From Candidatus Saccharimonadota bacterium (lineage in GTDB: Archaea > Nanohalarchaeota > Nanosalinia > Nanosalinales > Nanosalinaceae): a DNA stretch of 32,000 nt. Location: positions 450,001 through 482,000 of the forward strand of contig CP012986.1 in NCBI GenBank assembly GCA_001761425.1. The letters are read 5' to 3'. The notes below the pieces were generated by a model. That model worked only from the letters and a program-made list of their open reading frames with translations. It had not been told where the DNA came from and searched no databases. Positions 17,297 to 26,650 of this stretch are shown piece by piece (positions within the stretch are counted from its first letter, which is position 1; every line of letters begins with the position of its first letter). Position numbers and translations under genes: made by a program.

Positions 17297-17818
17297 TCAA
17301 GGCCTGTGCTGGGCGTCTATTCTTACTTCTGTGGCTTTTTTCTTGATTTCCAGGTCGAACTGGAAGCTGCCGTCTTCGCTTCCCAGTACGTACATGTCTG
17401 TGCCTTCAAGAGGTGTTCCCATGTATGTGACGTTTACAGAGCACTCCATCTCGTAACAGGCGTACGGATCTGAGGTTCCCTCAAATTTCAGGCAGAGGTA
17501 ATCGCCTCTAGCAGTTTCCTGTTCCGATACATAGTTAGGGATTTCCGGAGGAGGATTGCTCTTGGATTCAGATGCGTATATGCCTCTTACACCGCTGAAA
17601 GAGATTTTTTCTGTCGTCATCGAGCCTTCGCCCCTGGAGCAGTATAGGTCTGCTGTATTCCTGACGTTCTCGAATCTGTCGACTACATCGTTCCTTCCGC
17701 TGGTTTCTCCGACAGATACAAGGCTCTGAAAGGTCATGGTAAAGGTCAGCATCGCTACTACAAGGCCTCCAATTATCCAGATCCAGATTGAGGTAGAAAG
17801 GCCTTTTGAGTTTAACAT
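17297..17818 (-). CDS. type IV pilin-like protein (class III signal peptide); last gene of the operon
   Basis: N-terminus is MLNSKG/LSTSIWIWIIGGLVVAMLTF: a basic-Gly cleavage motif followed by a hydrophobic helix. Confidence 0.6.
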   Translation of the reverse strand: MLNSKGLSTSIWIWIIGGLVVAMLTFTMTFQSLVSVGETSGRNDVVDRFENVRNTADLYCSRGEGSMTTEKISFSGVRGIYASESKSNPPPEIPNYVSEQETARGDYLCLKFEGTSDPYACYEMECSVNVTYMGTPLEGTDMYVLGSEDGSFQFDLEIKKKATEVRIDAQHRP

Positions 17819-18297
17819 AGGATCACCTCTTTTCCAGTCCCTGTGAACGATATGCTATCTCCAGGTCTGTATATTATATCAGATTCTTCTTTTCCGAAGG
17901 TGAGGCCTGTCAGCCTGAGATCTTTTGCGGAGGCACAGTCCTGCCTGTAGAACAGAAGTAGTTCTCCTGAACTATCTTCGAGGCCCCATTTCCTTGCTTT
18001 AGATTCTATCATGTTCTTTTCAACTGTGAAATCTGCTGTTAATGTCTGTTCCTCCAGGTCACAGGAGTTTTTTAGCCGGTAGTAGGTTATCTGGTAGAAT
18101 TCCTGACGGTCTATTTTTTCTCCGGTGCTGTAGTCAGAGCAGTAGGGATAATCGACTTGAGGGTACACGTTTTCCAGGTTTATCTCCGTTTCTGAGGCCT
18201 CTTCTTCCAGGTTTGTGATGATTTGGAGGCCTATTCCTGTCATTATCATGACGATTATCAGGGCAGCTATCTGTTCCAGGCTCAGCTGGCCCTTCAT
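17812..18297 (-). CDS. type IV pilin-like protein (class III signal peptide)
   Basis: N-terminus is MKG/QLSLEQIAALIIVMIMTGIGL, with the QxSxE pattern typical of archaeal pilins. It overlaps neighbouring genes by 4-7 nt. Confidence 0.7.
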   Translation of the reverse strand: MKGQLSLEQIAALIIVMIMTGIGLQIITNLEEEASETEINLENVYPQVDYPYCSDYSTGEKIDRQEFYQITYYRLKNSCDLEEQTLTADFTVEKNMIESKARKWGLEDSSGELLLFYRQDCASAKDLRLTGLTFGKEESDIIYRPGDSISFTGTGKEVILC

Positions 18298-18713
18298 TTC
18301 TCCACTATCACCTTTTGGGAGGCTACCTCGTACTGGATGATGATGGAGTCTCTGTCGTATGTCGAGGCCTTGAACTCGACTTTCTCTGCTGTATCTTCAT
18401 TGAGCTCGTTTTCTATCTCCGAGCTTTCCAGGTCAAAGCTTCCGGAGTCAATTCTTGCGATGAAACAGGAGAGGTCTTCATATCCTTGTTCTAGGCTTCT
18501 CTGGTGGCAGAGTGTTATCAGGTTGGCGACTTTGCTGAGGCTGTTGCTGGATTCTACCTGTACGATTTCAAGGCCTGGATCGTCGTTGCCGTTTCCAGGT
18601 GTTGGTGTGGTGTTGTTTATCTGGTCTCTGAACTCTGTTATCATTCCGATTGATACTGCTATGACTACTAGTATTATGACAAGTTTGCCTATGTAGTCCA
18701 GTGACATTGCCAT
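18294..18713 (-). CDS. small secreted or membrane protein with an atypical pilin-like N-terminal helix
   Basis: MAMSLDYIGKLVIILVVIAVSIGMITEF. There is no clear [KR]G site, but a single N-terminal hydrophobic helix is present. Confidence 0.45.
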   Translation of the reverse strand: MAMSLDYIGKLVIILVVIAVSIGMITEFRDQINNTTPTPGNGNDDPGLEIVQVESSNSLSKVANLITLCHQRSLEQGYEDLSCFIARIDSGSFDLESSEIENELNEDTAEKVEFKASTYDRDSIIIQYEVASQKVIVEK

Positions 18714-18714
18714 C

Positions 18715-19266
18715 TTATTCGACCTCCACTCGTTGTGTGCCGGTTGTTGAAGTGTTGTATTCTATAACTATGAAGTCATCGGCAGTTATCTCTTCTCTCT
18801 CGAAATAAACCTGGTTGGACGAACCGCACGTCTCGCCGCTTCCGGACTCTAAAGCACTGTTCTCTATAGCCTCCGGGCATAGATCGTTCTCCGCAAGCTC
18901 TGAGGTGAAATCGCTTTCCGTGACAGTGTCCGGGAGGCCTTTTACATTCCAGCCCTCGCAGAACTCTGAGGTGTTGTAACCCTGGTACTGGTCGTAGCAG
19001 GATGTCACGGCGTTAGAAAGCCTGAGGTTGAATTCTTCGGCACTATCAGCCTCGATAACCTGGTAATCGACGGTACGGCCTTCACCACATCCTTTTGGAG
19101 GAGGAGAGTCCTTACCTGGGAACACGACACTGATACTATCGTAAGTGTCGCAGAAGATACCGCTTGAACCGCCGTAGTTTGAGGAAAAAGCGGCCAGGAG
19201 TACAGAGACGCCGACCAGTGCCAGTGTCATACCTCCTATAACCTTGATCCCCAGGCCTTTGCTCAT
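18715..19266 (-). CDS. type IV pilin-like protein (class III signal peptide), Cys-containing
   Basis: N-terminus is MSKG/LGIKVIGGMTLALVGVSVLLAAF. Confidence 0.6.
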   Translation of the reverse strand: MSKGLGIKVIGGMTLALVGVSVLLAAFSSNYGGSSGIFCDTYDSISVVFPGKDSPPPKGCGEGRTVDYQVIEADSAEEFNLRLSNAVTSCYDQYQGYNTSEFCEGWNVKGLPDTVTESDFTSELAENDLCPEAIENSALESGSGETCGSSNQVYFEREEITADDFIVIEYNTSTTGTQRVEVE

Positions 19267-19318
19267 AAACTGTTATCAGTACCGCTCGATTTTAAGGTTT
19301 CCATAGAAAGGAGAAAAG

Positions 19319-20221
19319 TTAAGGTGTTACAGTCATATCATAGGCAATCCAGCGACAGTTCTCAGGAACACTTGAGTCATCGCAGGCCCAGATAAACAGG
19401 CCGTAGCCACCAGGTGAAAGAGAGGAAACATTCAGCGAGGCCTTGGCTCTGAAAAGGTTTCTCTCCGTACTTCCTGTTCCCACAGCTTCTCTGGGAGAAG
19501 TTAGTTCTTCACTTTCAACATCTATGACTTCCTTGGATGAAGGAACAGGCCTCTCCATAGCAAATGCTTCTGTAAGGCCTAAATTATCTCCTATGTCGAT
19601 ACTAACCGTACCGTCCTCTGATTCTACTTCTTCAGTGTCTGATACCGGGCATGAAAGGCTTTCGCATGGATCTTTGGAGGCTTCGAAGTCGTATTCTTTG
19701 ATGCATCCTTTGCTGTCGGTCTCAGGGTTTCCGTCGCCGTCAGGGTCAAATCCAGGCCCGCAAGCTGTCCGGCAACTGCACTGTGTGCTGAAGCATGTAT
19801 CGCCCCGTGAAGGCCTGCAGATGCTGAGTGTCGATATGTTTACTGAGTTGTCTACAGGCCTGTAGGTGACTTTTACGCTGCTTTCGCCTTCTGGTATTTT
19901 TCCCTGGAATCCGAAGTTTTCTTCCGGTATTTTTTCTAGCATGTCGGATATGTTTTTCTCCGATACTGTATCGTTTGAGTATATCTTGGCCTTGAAACAG
20001 TCGTCCTGTGTTGAACGGCTTCCTTTACCTGACTGGCGCCAGCAGCTCTCAACCAGTCTTGCCATATCATCTGAGATCTCGTACACTCCGCCTGAGACTG
20101 TCTGATCCTCATCTTTTGGGAGGCTGACCTGATCCAGGCTTATATAAGCGGTAGAGACTGTTATGAAAACTATTCCGAGAATCCCGATCACCATAATCGT
20201 ATCAGAGATCTCACCTTTCAC
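19319..20221 (-). CDS. type IV pilin-like protein with a Cys-rich module and a DxDGDG motif
   Basis: N-terminus is MKG/EISDTIMVIGILGIVFITV. Contains CSCRTACGPGFDPDGDGNPETDSKGC. Confidence 0.65.
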   Translation of the reverse strand: MKGEISDTIMVIGILGIVFITVSTAYISLDQVSLPKDEDQTVSGGVYEISDDMARLVESCWRQSGKGSRSTQDDCFKAKIYSNDTVSEKNISDMLEKIPEENFGFQGKIPEGESSVKVTYRPVDNSVNISTLSICRPSRGDTCFSTQCSCRTACGPGFDPDGDGNPETDSKGCIKEYDFEASKDPCESLSCPVSDTEEVESEDGTVSIDIGDNLGLTEAFAMERPVPSSKEVIDVESEELTSPREAVGTGSTERNLFRAKASLNVSSLSPGGYGLFIWACDDSSVPENCRWIAYDMTVTP

Positions 20222-22728
20222 CGGAAGCTCACCCCCTCAGAAGGACTGTAACGTACCAGTACCTCGTGGCTCCCAGGCCTCAAAGTGAAATCCTCTACAT
20301 TGTCAGATCTCAATGCGACGCAGCTATCGCTGTTTGAGTAACACAGTGTTCTCTTCTCCACTTCTTCTACCTTCCCTATCTCGACCTGTGTAAAATTGTG
20401 GTAGAAAGGACCGAGGCCTCCAAGCTCAATGTATCTTTCTTCGCCCTCTGAGGCCTGTATATGATCGGGGTTGATGGTCTGTGTTTCTCCACATCCGTTC
20501 ACACATGAGAGTTCGAGTTCAGGGAGTTTAAGGCTGGGTGCGACAGTGTTCAAAGCTATCACCTGGATGCTTGCACCTTGGTAGGCCTTGAACTGGTTAT
20601 CTTCATCTGAGAAATCGATTTTGGAAGGTGACTGATCCCGGTCCTGGAAGACTGTCCTGCCGTTTACACCTATCATCAGGTCGTCTTCTATATCAACTTC
20701 TGTATTTCCATTGCTCTGAAGCTGGTAGGTCGTTTTCTCATCTCTTTCGATCTCTCTTGATTCGATTTCAAGGGTCTCGTCGTTGTTGATATCTGCGTAG
20801 ACTGTTACGTTTTCCCCAAATTTATTTCCGTTGGATATGGCCTTGTTGATCGCTCCGGCAAGTTTTTCCAGACTGCCTTTCCTCAGTGTTATATCAACGC
20901 TGGCAGGGGTAGTCAGTTTATCCGACTGCCTCACAGAAGCCGGGAAACGGGAAGTAAGTGAGGCCTCAAGATTTGATCCTTCTGAACCTTTTTTCTCGCC
21001 GAAACTGTATGTAACATTGTTACATGTTGCTGCGGTCTCCGAATCTCTCTCTGAAAGGCCTGAGAACTGCTCCTCAAACTTCTCCGGTATATCGTTTGTG
21101 TTCTGATACTCTATACTGTTACCTCCTGTGTTTAAGGAGACACGGCTCATAAGCTCTTTGGCATCATTCTTATCGTTATCTCCGTACTCATCGGTATCGC
21201 TGTACTCCATATCTCCTGACATCGTGTAGACGTTCACGCTCTTGTTCGCAGACAGTTCTGTCACGTTATGGACAATCTCCGTCTCGTTATCAAGAATCTC
21301 AGTTCCTTTCTTATCTCTGAAGGCCTCTCCAGAACTGTTACCTCCAGTAGGGTCCTGATCGCCGAGTAAAAACAGCATCCGGCGGTCAACGCTTTGGTTC
21401 CAGTCGTGGTTCTCAAGTATCCATTTAGAGGAGACGCCCCAGGCCTCAAGACCGTAATCCTTCGAGCTGTTATAATCTGTAAGGCCTTCGCCGCTCCACT
21501 CTGTGATTCCTTTTCCGTGAGTGCCTGTGGCTGCGTTGTTCTCGTCTGCGGAGACGCATGAAGGTACTCTGTCGCTAAAGTCGTAGTTTCCTCCTGAAAT
21601 CTGCATTGGGTTGCCTTTTCCGCTGTCAGGGGCTTCAGGCTGACCTGGTATGTAGTAACTTACGTTCGTTTTAAGGCCTCTGGCCTCCATTTTATCTACT
21701 GTGCTTGTTACTTTGTCACATAGGGCTTCCCATTCTTCATCGAAGTTGTCCGAGGCATCTGCTGTGACTGCGATCTGTGCTGTACCGTTGTACTGTGTGA
21801 CGGGAGGTACTGTGCAGGTGCTTTTTCCTCCTATGAATTTTTCCTCTCCTGCGATTTCTTCAAAGACTGATGAGTAGTCTGCTGTGACTTCGAATCTTTT
21901 TCCTTCAGTTATCTCTGCTATATCCACGTAGGCGCCTGCTCTATCGGATACAGTGTAGATCTCAACATTTTCGTTTGCTGCTTCTTCCGCCCATTCCGTT
22001 ACGTGCTTTGAAGTCGCCTTATCTGAAGTTGCAGGTTCTGTAGCAAGTATTATCAGTATCTTTCTCTTGCTGTCGTCGAAATCGAAATTATTCAATGTGT
22101 ACTGGATGGCCTTGTCCTCAGGCTCGGAGCCTCCGTTAATGGATATAGAGGCCAGCTCTGAGTTTACCTTGGACACTTCTTCTGTCAAATCAACCCTGTT
22201 ACTGATATAACTGCCAGGAGGTGTTGCGTAAGTGAATATACCGACTCTGCTCCCTTCAGGAAGCGCATCGATGAACTCCCGCGTGTTATCTTTAACCTTG
22301 TTGAGGTAGCTTCCCATGCTTCCGCTGTCATCTAGTGCAAAGACTACATCAGCTGCCTTAGTGGTCTCAGCTGGCTCAACCCCTCTCAGGTAATCCTGCT
22401 CCACCTTGACCTCGAAACCGTTCACAAAATTCTCCGCACATCCTGGCTCACGAAGATTATAATTCCTGTCCATCCTCTCCAGCTTTGTCTGATTCAACAG
22501 AAAGCTACTGCCGGAAACGCCTTCATCTACGGAAAGACATTCTGCAACAGCACTGAAATCCTCACTGGGTGAGGCCTGAAACTTTACCTGGCTCCGGTCC
22601 TCGCTAACACCTATATTGAAGTTTAGAGAACTCATGAGAAGAGACATCAGCAATCCACCGAATATCATGATCAGTATCGGCTTCATAAAAGTGCTGTACT
22701 GTCCCTTCCAGGTCCTATAAAGTCTCAT
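20218..22728 (-). CDS. large (836 aa) pilin-like protein with von Willebrand factor A domain(s); candidate tip adhesin
   Basis: N-terminus is MRLYRTWKG/QYSTFMKPILIMIFGGLLMSLLM. The MIDAS motif is DVVFALDDSGSMG (nt 22315-22350). A second, degenerate vWA-like module has IAVTADASDNF ... RRMLFLLGDQDPTGG ... VNVYTMSGD. Confidence 0.75.
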   Translation of the reverse strand: MRLYRTWKGQYSTFMKPILIMIFGGLLMSLLMSSLNFNIGVSEDRSQVKFQASPSEDFSAVAECLSVDEGVSGSSFLLNQTKLERMDRNYNLREPGCAENFVNGFEVKVEQDYLRGVEPAETTKAADVVFALDDSGSMGSYLNKVKDNTREFIDALPEGSRVGIFTYATPPGSYISNRVDLTEEVSKVNSELASISINGGSEPEDKAIQYTLNNFDFDDSKRKILIILATEPATSDKATSKHVTEWAEEAANENVEIYTVSDRAGAYVDIAEITEGKRFEVTADYSSVFEEIAGEEKFIGGKSTCTVPPVTQYNGTAQIAVTADASDNFDEEWEALCDKVTSTVDKMEARGLKTNVSYYIPGQPEAPDSGKGNPMQISGGNYDFSDRVPSCVSADENNAATGTHGKGITEWSGEGLTDYNSSKDYGLEAWGVSSKWILENHDWNQSVDRRMLFLLGDQDPTGGNSSGEAFRDKKGTEILDNETEIVHNVTELSANKSVNVYTMSGDMEYSDTDEYGDNDKNDAKELMSRVSLNTGGNSIEYQNTNDIPEKFEEQFSGLSERDSETAATCNNVTYSFGEKKGSEGSNLEASLTSRFPASVRQSDKLTTPASVDITLRKGSLEKLAGAINKAISNGNKFGENVTVYADINNDETLEIESREIERDEKTTYQLQSNGNTEVDIEDDLMIGVNGRTVFQDRDQSPSKIDFSDEDNQFKAYQGASIQVIALNTVAPSLKLPELELSCVNGCGETQTINPDHIQASEGEERYIELGGLGPFYHNFTQVEIGKVEEVEKRTLCYSNSDSCVALRSDNVEDFTLRPGSHEVLVRYSPSEGVSFR

Positions 22729-22734
22729 TATTTT

Positions 22735-23418
22735 TCAGGCCTCTATCTTGACTTTTCCGGAGAGCAGGAACAGGCCTATCAGTACTGCAGCTATTACTAT
22801 CGCTATCAGCAGGTAGTTGCTGTAGTCACTGTCCACTACTTCCTTTGTCTGATCCTCGGTACTGCTTTCAGTGTTTTCAGAACTTTCAGGCTGTGAACAG
22901 TCTTCTGGACATAGTTCCTGCTCATTCGTTGACTTCTGGCAGATTTCGTCGCCACAGGTACAGTCAACGTCTACCTCCTTTCCGTCGCAGTAAGATGTGC
23001 ATGTGTTGTCAAAGTCGCAGCAAAGGTTATCTTTCAGGTTGTAGGAGGCCTTTTCCTCGTCTTCGTAGAAGATTTTGATCTCTGTTATGTTTTTCTGGTA
23101 TTCGAGGAACAGGTTTTTCTGTATCTCTTCTTTCTCTGTTTCATAGCCTCCTTCGCTGGTCCTGACATGGTTGGTGAAGCTGATAGGAACTTTTCCATCT
23201 ATCTCGGTTTTTTTATCTGTGCTTAAGGCCTTTATGCTGAAGTTTGCTCCTACGTGTCTTAACGCTGTGGTTCTTGTTGCATCGAGGATTTTTACATTGT
23301 TTATTTTTGCGCTTTCATTGTCGTAGAAGGTTGCATCTACCAGGAACTTTTTTTCTGCGCTGGCTGCTCCTGTTAACAGTGCTAGAGCTGTTATTAGTAT
23401 CAGTATTTTTGTTTTCAT
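22735..23418 (-). CDS. Sec-secreted, C-terminally membrane-anchored Cys-rich protein
   Basis: Sec-type signal MKTKILILITALALLTGAASA/EKK. Has the Cys cluster CCDFDNTCTSYCDGKEVDVDCTCGDEICQ, an acidic S/T/E linker and the C-terminal TM segment YLLIAIVIAAVLIGLFLL. Confidence 0.65.
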   Translation of the reverse strand: MKTKILILITALALLTGAASAEKKFLVDATFYDNESAKINNVKILDATRTTALRHVGANFSIKALSTDKKTEIDGKVPISFTNHVRTSEGGYETEKEEIQKNLFLEYQKNITEIKIFYEDEEKASYNLKDNLCCDFDNTCTSYCDGKEVDVDCTCGDEICQKSTNEQELCPEDCSQPESSENTESSTEDQTKEVVDSDYSNYLLIAIVIAAVLIGLFLLSGKVKIEA

Positions 23419-24825
23419 TTAGCATCCTCCTAGGTAACTATCAAATACGTCTTGCTCCATATATGAGTAACCTGCTGGCCCGTACTGGTTCCTCTGGTCT
23501 GAATAGGACATAAGAAAATTCCTTCTATCGCTTTCAGGTTCATTGCAGTCCTCGCTGTTAGGGCCTTGGCAGGCTCCGCCTTCGTTGTTTCCAGGTGTTG
23601 ATACGTGGTAGAGGCCTGTGGAGTGTCCTGTCTCGTGTGAAGCAGTCTCCACATCACAGGAAGAGTATGTCACGCTTACAGGGGATGGAATGTTCTGTGC
23701 TTTACCGCAGATCATCCCTGTCTGGCCATTGTAGGTTATCTGGGGGCCGTCGCCTTTCGCCAGGCCTATTATCTTGTTCCAGTTGCCTACACCTAACTGG
23801 CTGTTTGCACACTGTTTCATCTTGTTGAAACAGCTGTCTCCTGTGGACACATCGCAGTTATCTATGTTACAGCTGGATATGTCCAGAACTGTTTTCTTGA
23901 TATTATGGTCTGGGTTACTGCATTGTTTGAAAGGTGATTTGGAGACGAAATAATTGAAGGCATCCTCGGCGTCGCTCTCGAAATTCCCCTGATCGGAGTA
24001 ACGAGCCGGAGTGAACACCACATTGTACCTCTCATTGTCTTTGCATTCAGTCCCGTTCCAGGAACTTCCCTGGGGACAGCACCTGTCCCCGGAGACCCCA
24101 GAGGCTGTGTAGTGAGGCCCGCTGCAGGAAAGATCAGCGCTACACTCGAAGCTCTGACTGCATTTTTCCCCATCTGCCTGAACATCTGTATAACTTTTTT
24201 TCACACATCCAAGGCCTGTCGTATCCTCGCCTGAAGTATCAGCGTTGATGAAGTCCTCAGCTTCATAATCTGGGTCACAGACTTCTGAGGCCTCATCTGA
24301 TTCAGCATCGCCAGGGCATAGACAGTCTCCCTGGGAATTGCTACAGGTCTCGCCTTTATCCGGTTGGCAGATATCGTTCACACATCTACCGTCCGTACAG
24401 AAGTTGCTGAGGCCTCCTGAACCGCATTCGCCTTCACTGAAATTGACCTTTGAACCGGTTTTGCTGACACAGATCTGGTCAGAGTCGGAGACACGAGTGT
24501 TCTCAAGACGGTGATCCAGAAAAGTCGTTGAAGAACTTTCCTCCCCTGGAATCTTGACGACCACAGTTCTTTGCTCCTGGACTGTCAGGGTATAACTGTT
24601 TACGGAAGGTTCATAAGTCGTGGAGAAACTTCCTCCAGACTCAGGCAACCCGTTTATAACACTGGAAAGCTCCTGAGAGACCTGGTTCTGCGTCGAACTG
24701 AAAAGGCCTTCACTCTGCAAATCGATGATATTACCGCCGACGAAGACAAAAGCTACCGCTACCAAAATAGTGCCTATTGCAAGCAAGGCCTCAGATATTA
24801 TAGTCATTCCCCTAGAGCTATTCAA
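23419..24825 (-). CDS. pilin-like N-terminus fused to a Cys-rich region and a metzincin (M43/pappalysin-ulilysin-like) zinc protease domain
   Basis: N-terminus is MNSSRG/MTIISEALLAIGTILVAVAFVFV. HETGHSTGLYH is an exact HExxHxxGxxH (nt 23605-23637). A downstream NFLMSYSD resembles the NFM(D/S)Y Met-turn region. Confidence 0.7.
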   Translation of the reverse strand: MNSSRGMTIISEALLAIGTILVAVAFVFVGGNIIDLQSEGLFSSTQNQVSQELSSVINGLPESGGSFSTTYEPSVNSYTLTVQEQRTVVVKIPGEESSSTTFLDHRLENTRVSDSDQICVSKTGSKVNFSEGECGSGGLSNFCTDGRCVNDICQPDKGETCSNSQGDCLCPGDAESDEASEVCDPDYEAEDFINADTSGEDTTGLGCVKKSYTDVQADGEKCSQSFECSADLSCSGPHYTASGVSGDRCCPQGSSWNGTECKDNERYNVVFTPARYSDQGNFESDAEDAFNYFVSKSPFKQCSNPDHNIKKTVLDISSCNIDNCDVSTGDSCFNKMKQCANSQLGVGNWNKIIGLAKGDGPQITYNGQTGMICGKAQNIPSPVSVTYSSCDVETASHETGHSTGLYHVSTPGNNEGGACQGPNSEDCNEPESDRRNFLMSYSDQRNQYGPAGYSYMEQDVFDSYLGGC

Positions 24826-26095
24826 CTGTCTCCACCTCTGTCTGACATGTTGAAGCTGTCCCGCTGTATGAGCAGGATTTTATAGAGGATGGAAGCGTGC
24901 TGTAAGGCTGTGCGGAGCATGAGTAGCTTCCTCCACTAGCTGAGTTTTCATTTACCTGGAAGCTGAGATCTATCTTCCATTTAAGGTTTCCGAGAGTGCT
25001 GTTAGGGACGTTTTTGAACTTTTTGTCTCTGCAGGTGAGTGTGGTATCTATCTTTGAATTTATAGATAGGCTCCAGGACTTGATACAGTTATAGTCCCAC
25101 TGGGGTTCTACACAGTCTCCTGTTGAGTTTGTCTCTGCACAGCCACATCTTACTCCATTGCTGACGTTGTTCGCGCTTTCTCCCTCGTTCACGGTTACGA
25201 TGTGGCCCGGGAACTGGTTGCCGTTTTTCCTGTTCGACGTAAAGCTGCATTCGACGCTCGTATCGTTGAAGTATTCCTGGCTGCTTTCAAGTTTTTCTCT
25301 CTCTTCTGCTAGGCCTTCCACTACAGCTTGATCCATCAATGTGCCGTGATCGGAACACATCTTCGGGCTTGGATAGTTACATTTGGAAGGTCCTGTGATA
25401 CACATACTGTTGGTCCTGGACCCTTGATCTTTCACATTGCTGAGCTGGCTCACGACCTTGTTTTTCAGGTTCTCCTGGTTCACCCATTTCTTCAGAGTCG
25501 AGTAGATATACCAGTGTCTGTTGTACTTGATATCTTTCGACAGCGTAACACTTCTCTCACTGTTCTGAAGGCCTCCTGTCTCTCTGGTAAGGTTGATCGA
25601 TTCTATCTCAACTGCCTGTGTAAAGTTATCGCTGTCCTTTGAAGCAGGAAGCTCGTTGTGGCCAGTATCCAGACATGAGGCCTTACCTATGCTGTAAACG
25701 TTGCTGTCTCTTATTCCGTGCATTTCGTTGAATCTCTCTTGCATATAATCCAGGGTGAAGTTGGAGGTCGTGTTTCTGACAACCTCTACATCTGGTACCT
25801 GTGTAGAACCTCCGCAGTACCAGTAGCGGGCTTCCTGGTCTTCTGAGCGCCTTCCAGAGTAGTTTCCGGCTTTATCACTGCCTTTCTGACCTGCATAGAA
25901 GAGACTGTTTTCTAGATAGAGCCTTACGTTTTCAAAACGGTTGTTGAACGTGTTTACCTGTGACTGCTGGATGATCTCTTGCTGGACGCCTGTGCCAGAA
26001 CTGGTAGAGGCCTTGAACCAGGAGACAGCGATCAGAGAAATTACCAGGATAATGAAGACTGCTATGAGGGTGCTGGCGCCTTTTCTATCTACCAT
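24818..26095 (-). CDS. type IV pilin-like protein (425 aa), Cys-rich
   Basis: N-terminus is MVDRKG/ASTLIAVFIILVISLIAV. Confidence 0.65.
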   Translation of the reverse strand: MVDRKGASTLIAVFIILVISLIAVSWFKASTSSGTGVQQEIIQQSQVNTFNNRFENVRLYLENSLFYAGQKGSDKAGNYSGRRSEDQEARYWYCGGSTQVPDVEVVRNTTSNFTLDYMQERFNEMHGIRDSNVYSIGKASCLDTGHNELPASKDSDNFTQAVEIESINLTRETGGLQNSERSVTLSKDIKYNRHWYIYSTLKKWVNQENLKNKVVSQLSNVKDQGSRTNSMCITGPSKCNYPSPKMCSDHGTLMDQAVVEGLAEEREKLESSQEYFNDTSVECSFTSNRKNGNQFPGHIVTVNEGESANNVSNGVRCGCAETNSTGDCVEPQWDYNCIKSWSLSINSKIDTTLTCRDKKFKNVPNSTLGNLKWKIDLSFQVNENSASGGSYSCSAQPYSTLPSSIKSCSYSGTASTCQTEVETVE

Positions 26096-26598
26096 CTCTG
26101 TATCATAACCTCCGACCTGTTCCCAGTAGCCAGCGGAAACTCAAGAGTTGAAGAGATAACTTTCCCCGGGTTATCAGGTAATTCTTCGCCGATTACAATT
26201 TTTCTGTCAGAGCTATCTCCGCAGTCAGCGGTGAAACGATAATCCGTACCTAGTGACCTGTTAAGATAGGACTCAAGGAAAGTAACGGTCTCAACTCTGA
26301 GGCCTTCGGGTTCTGATATTTTGAATGCGTATCCTTCCTCTTTCTTACCGTAATCACAGGCCTGTGAGATAACCGTGGCGATCTTCATATTGTCCTCACG
26401 TGGAATAGGGAAAGAGCGTGTGTAAAGGCCTTTAAGCTCCATTTCAGAGTTGAAGGAAACGTCTGTGGTTACCAGTGTTTCCAGGTTCTGAGCCTGGTTG
26501 CCTGACTGAGTTACAAAGAGGAAAAGTGCAAAGATAGCAGTTAGAAGGACTCCTAGAAGGGTATACATGGAGCTGGCCTGGCCCTTCCCTGTATTCAT
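26089..26598 (-). CDS. type IV pilin-like protein
   Basis: N-terminus is MNTGKG/QASSMYTLLGVLLTAIFALFLFV. Confidence 0.65.
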   Translation of the reverse strand: MNTGKGQASSMYTLLGVLLTAIFALFLFVTQSGNQAQNLETLVTTDVSFNSEMELKGLYTRSFPIPREDNMKIATVISQACDYGKKEEGYAFKISEPEGLRVETVTFLESYLNRSLGTDYRFTADCGDSSDRKIVIGEELPDNPGKVISSTLEFPLATGNRSEVMIQRW

Positions 26599-26650
26599 GG
26601 TATTAGAAGAGTCTAGTTAGAATTTAAGGTATAGGCCTTCTATTGTTTTT

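Noticed and set aside
16137-17300. Minus-strand ORFs 16137..16511 and 16755..17300 (124 and 181 aa)
   Set aside because: They are antisense to ABC-2 permease genes that have paralog support. Their products are basic and low-complexity, unlike the acidic proteome.
19319-20221. RGD tripeptide (CRPSRGDTC) as an integrin-type adhesion motif
   Set aside because: A tripeptide is expected by chance, and there is no integrin context in archaea.
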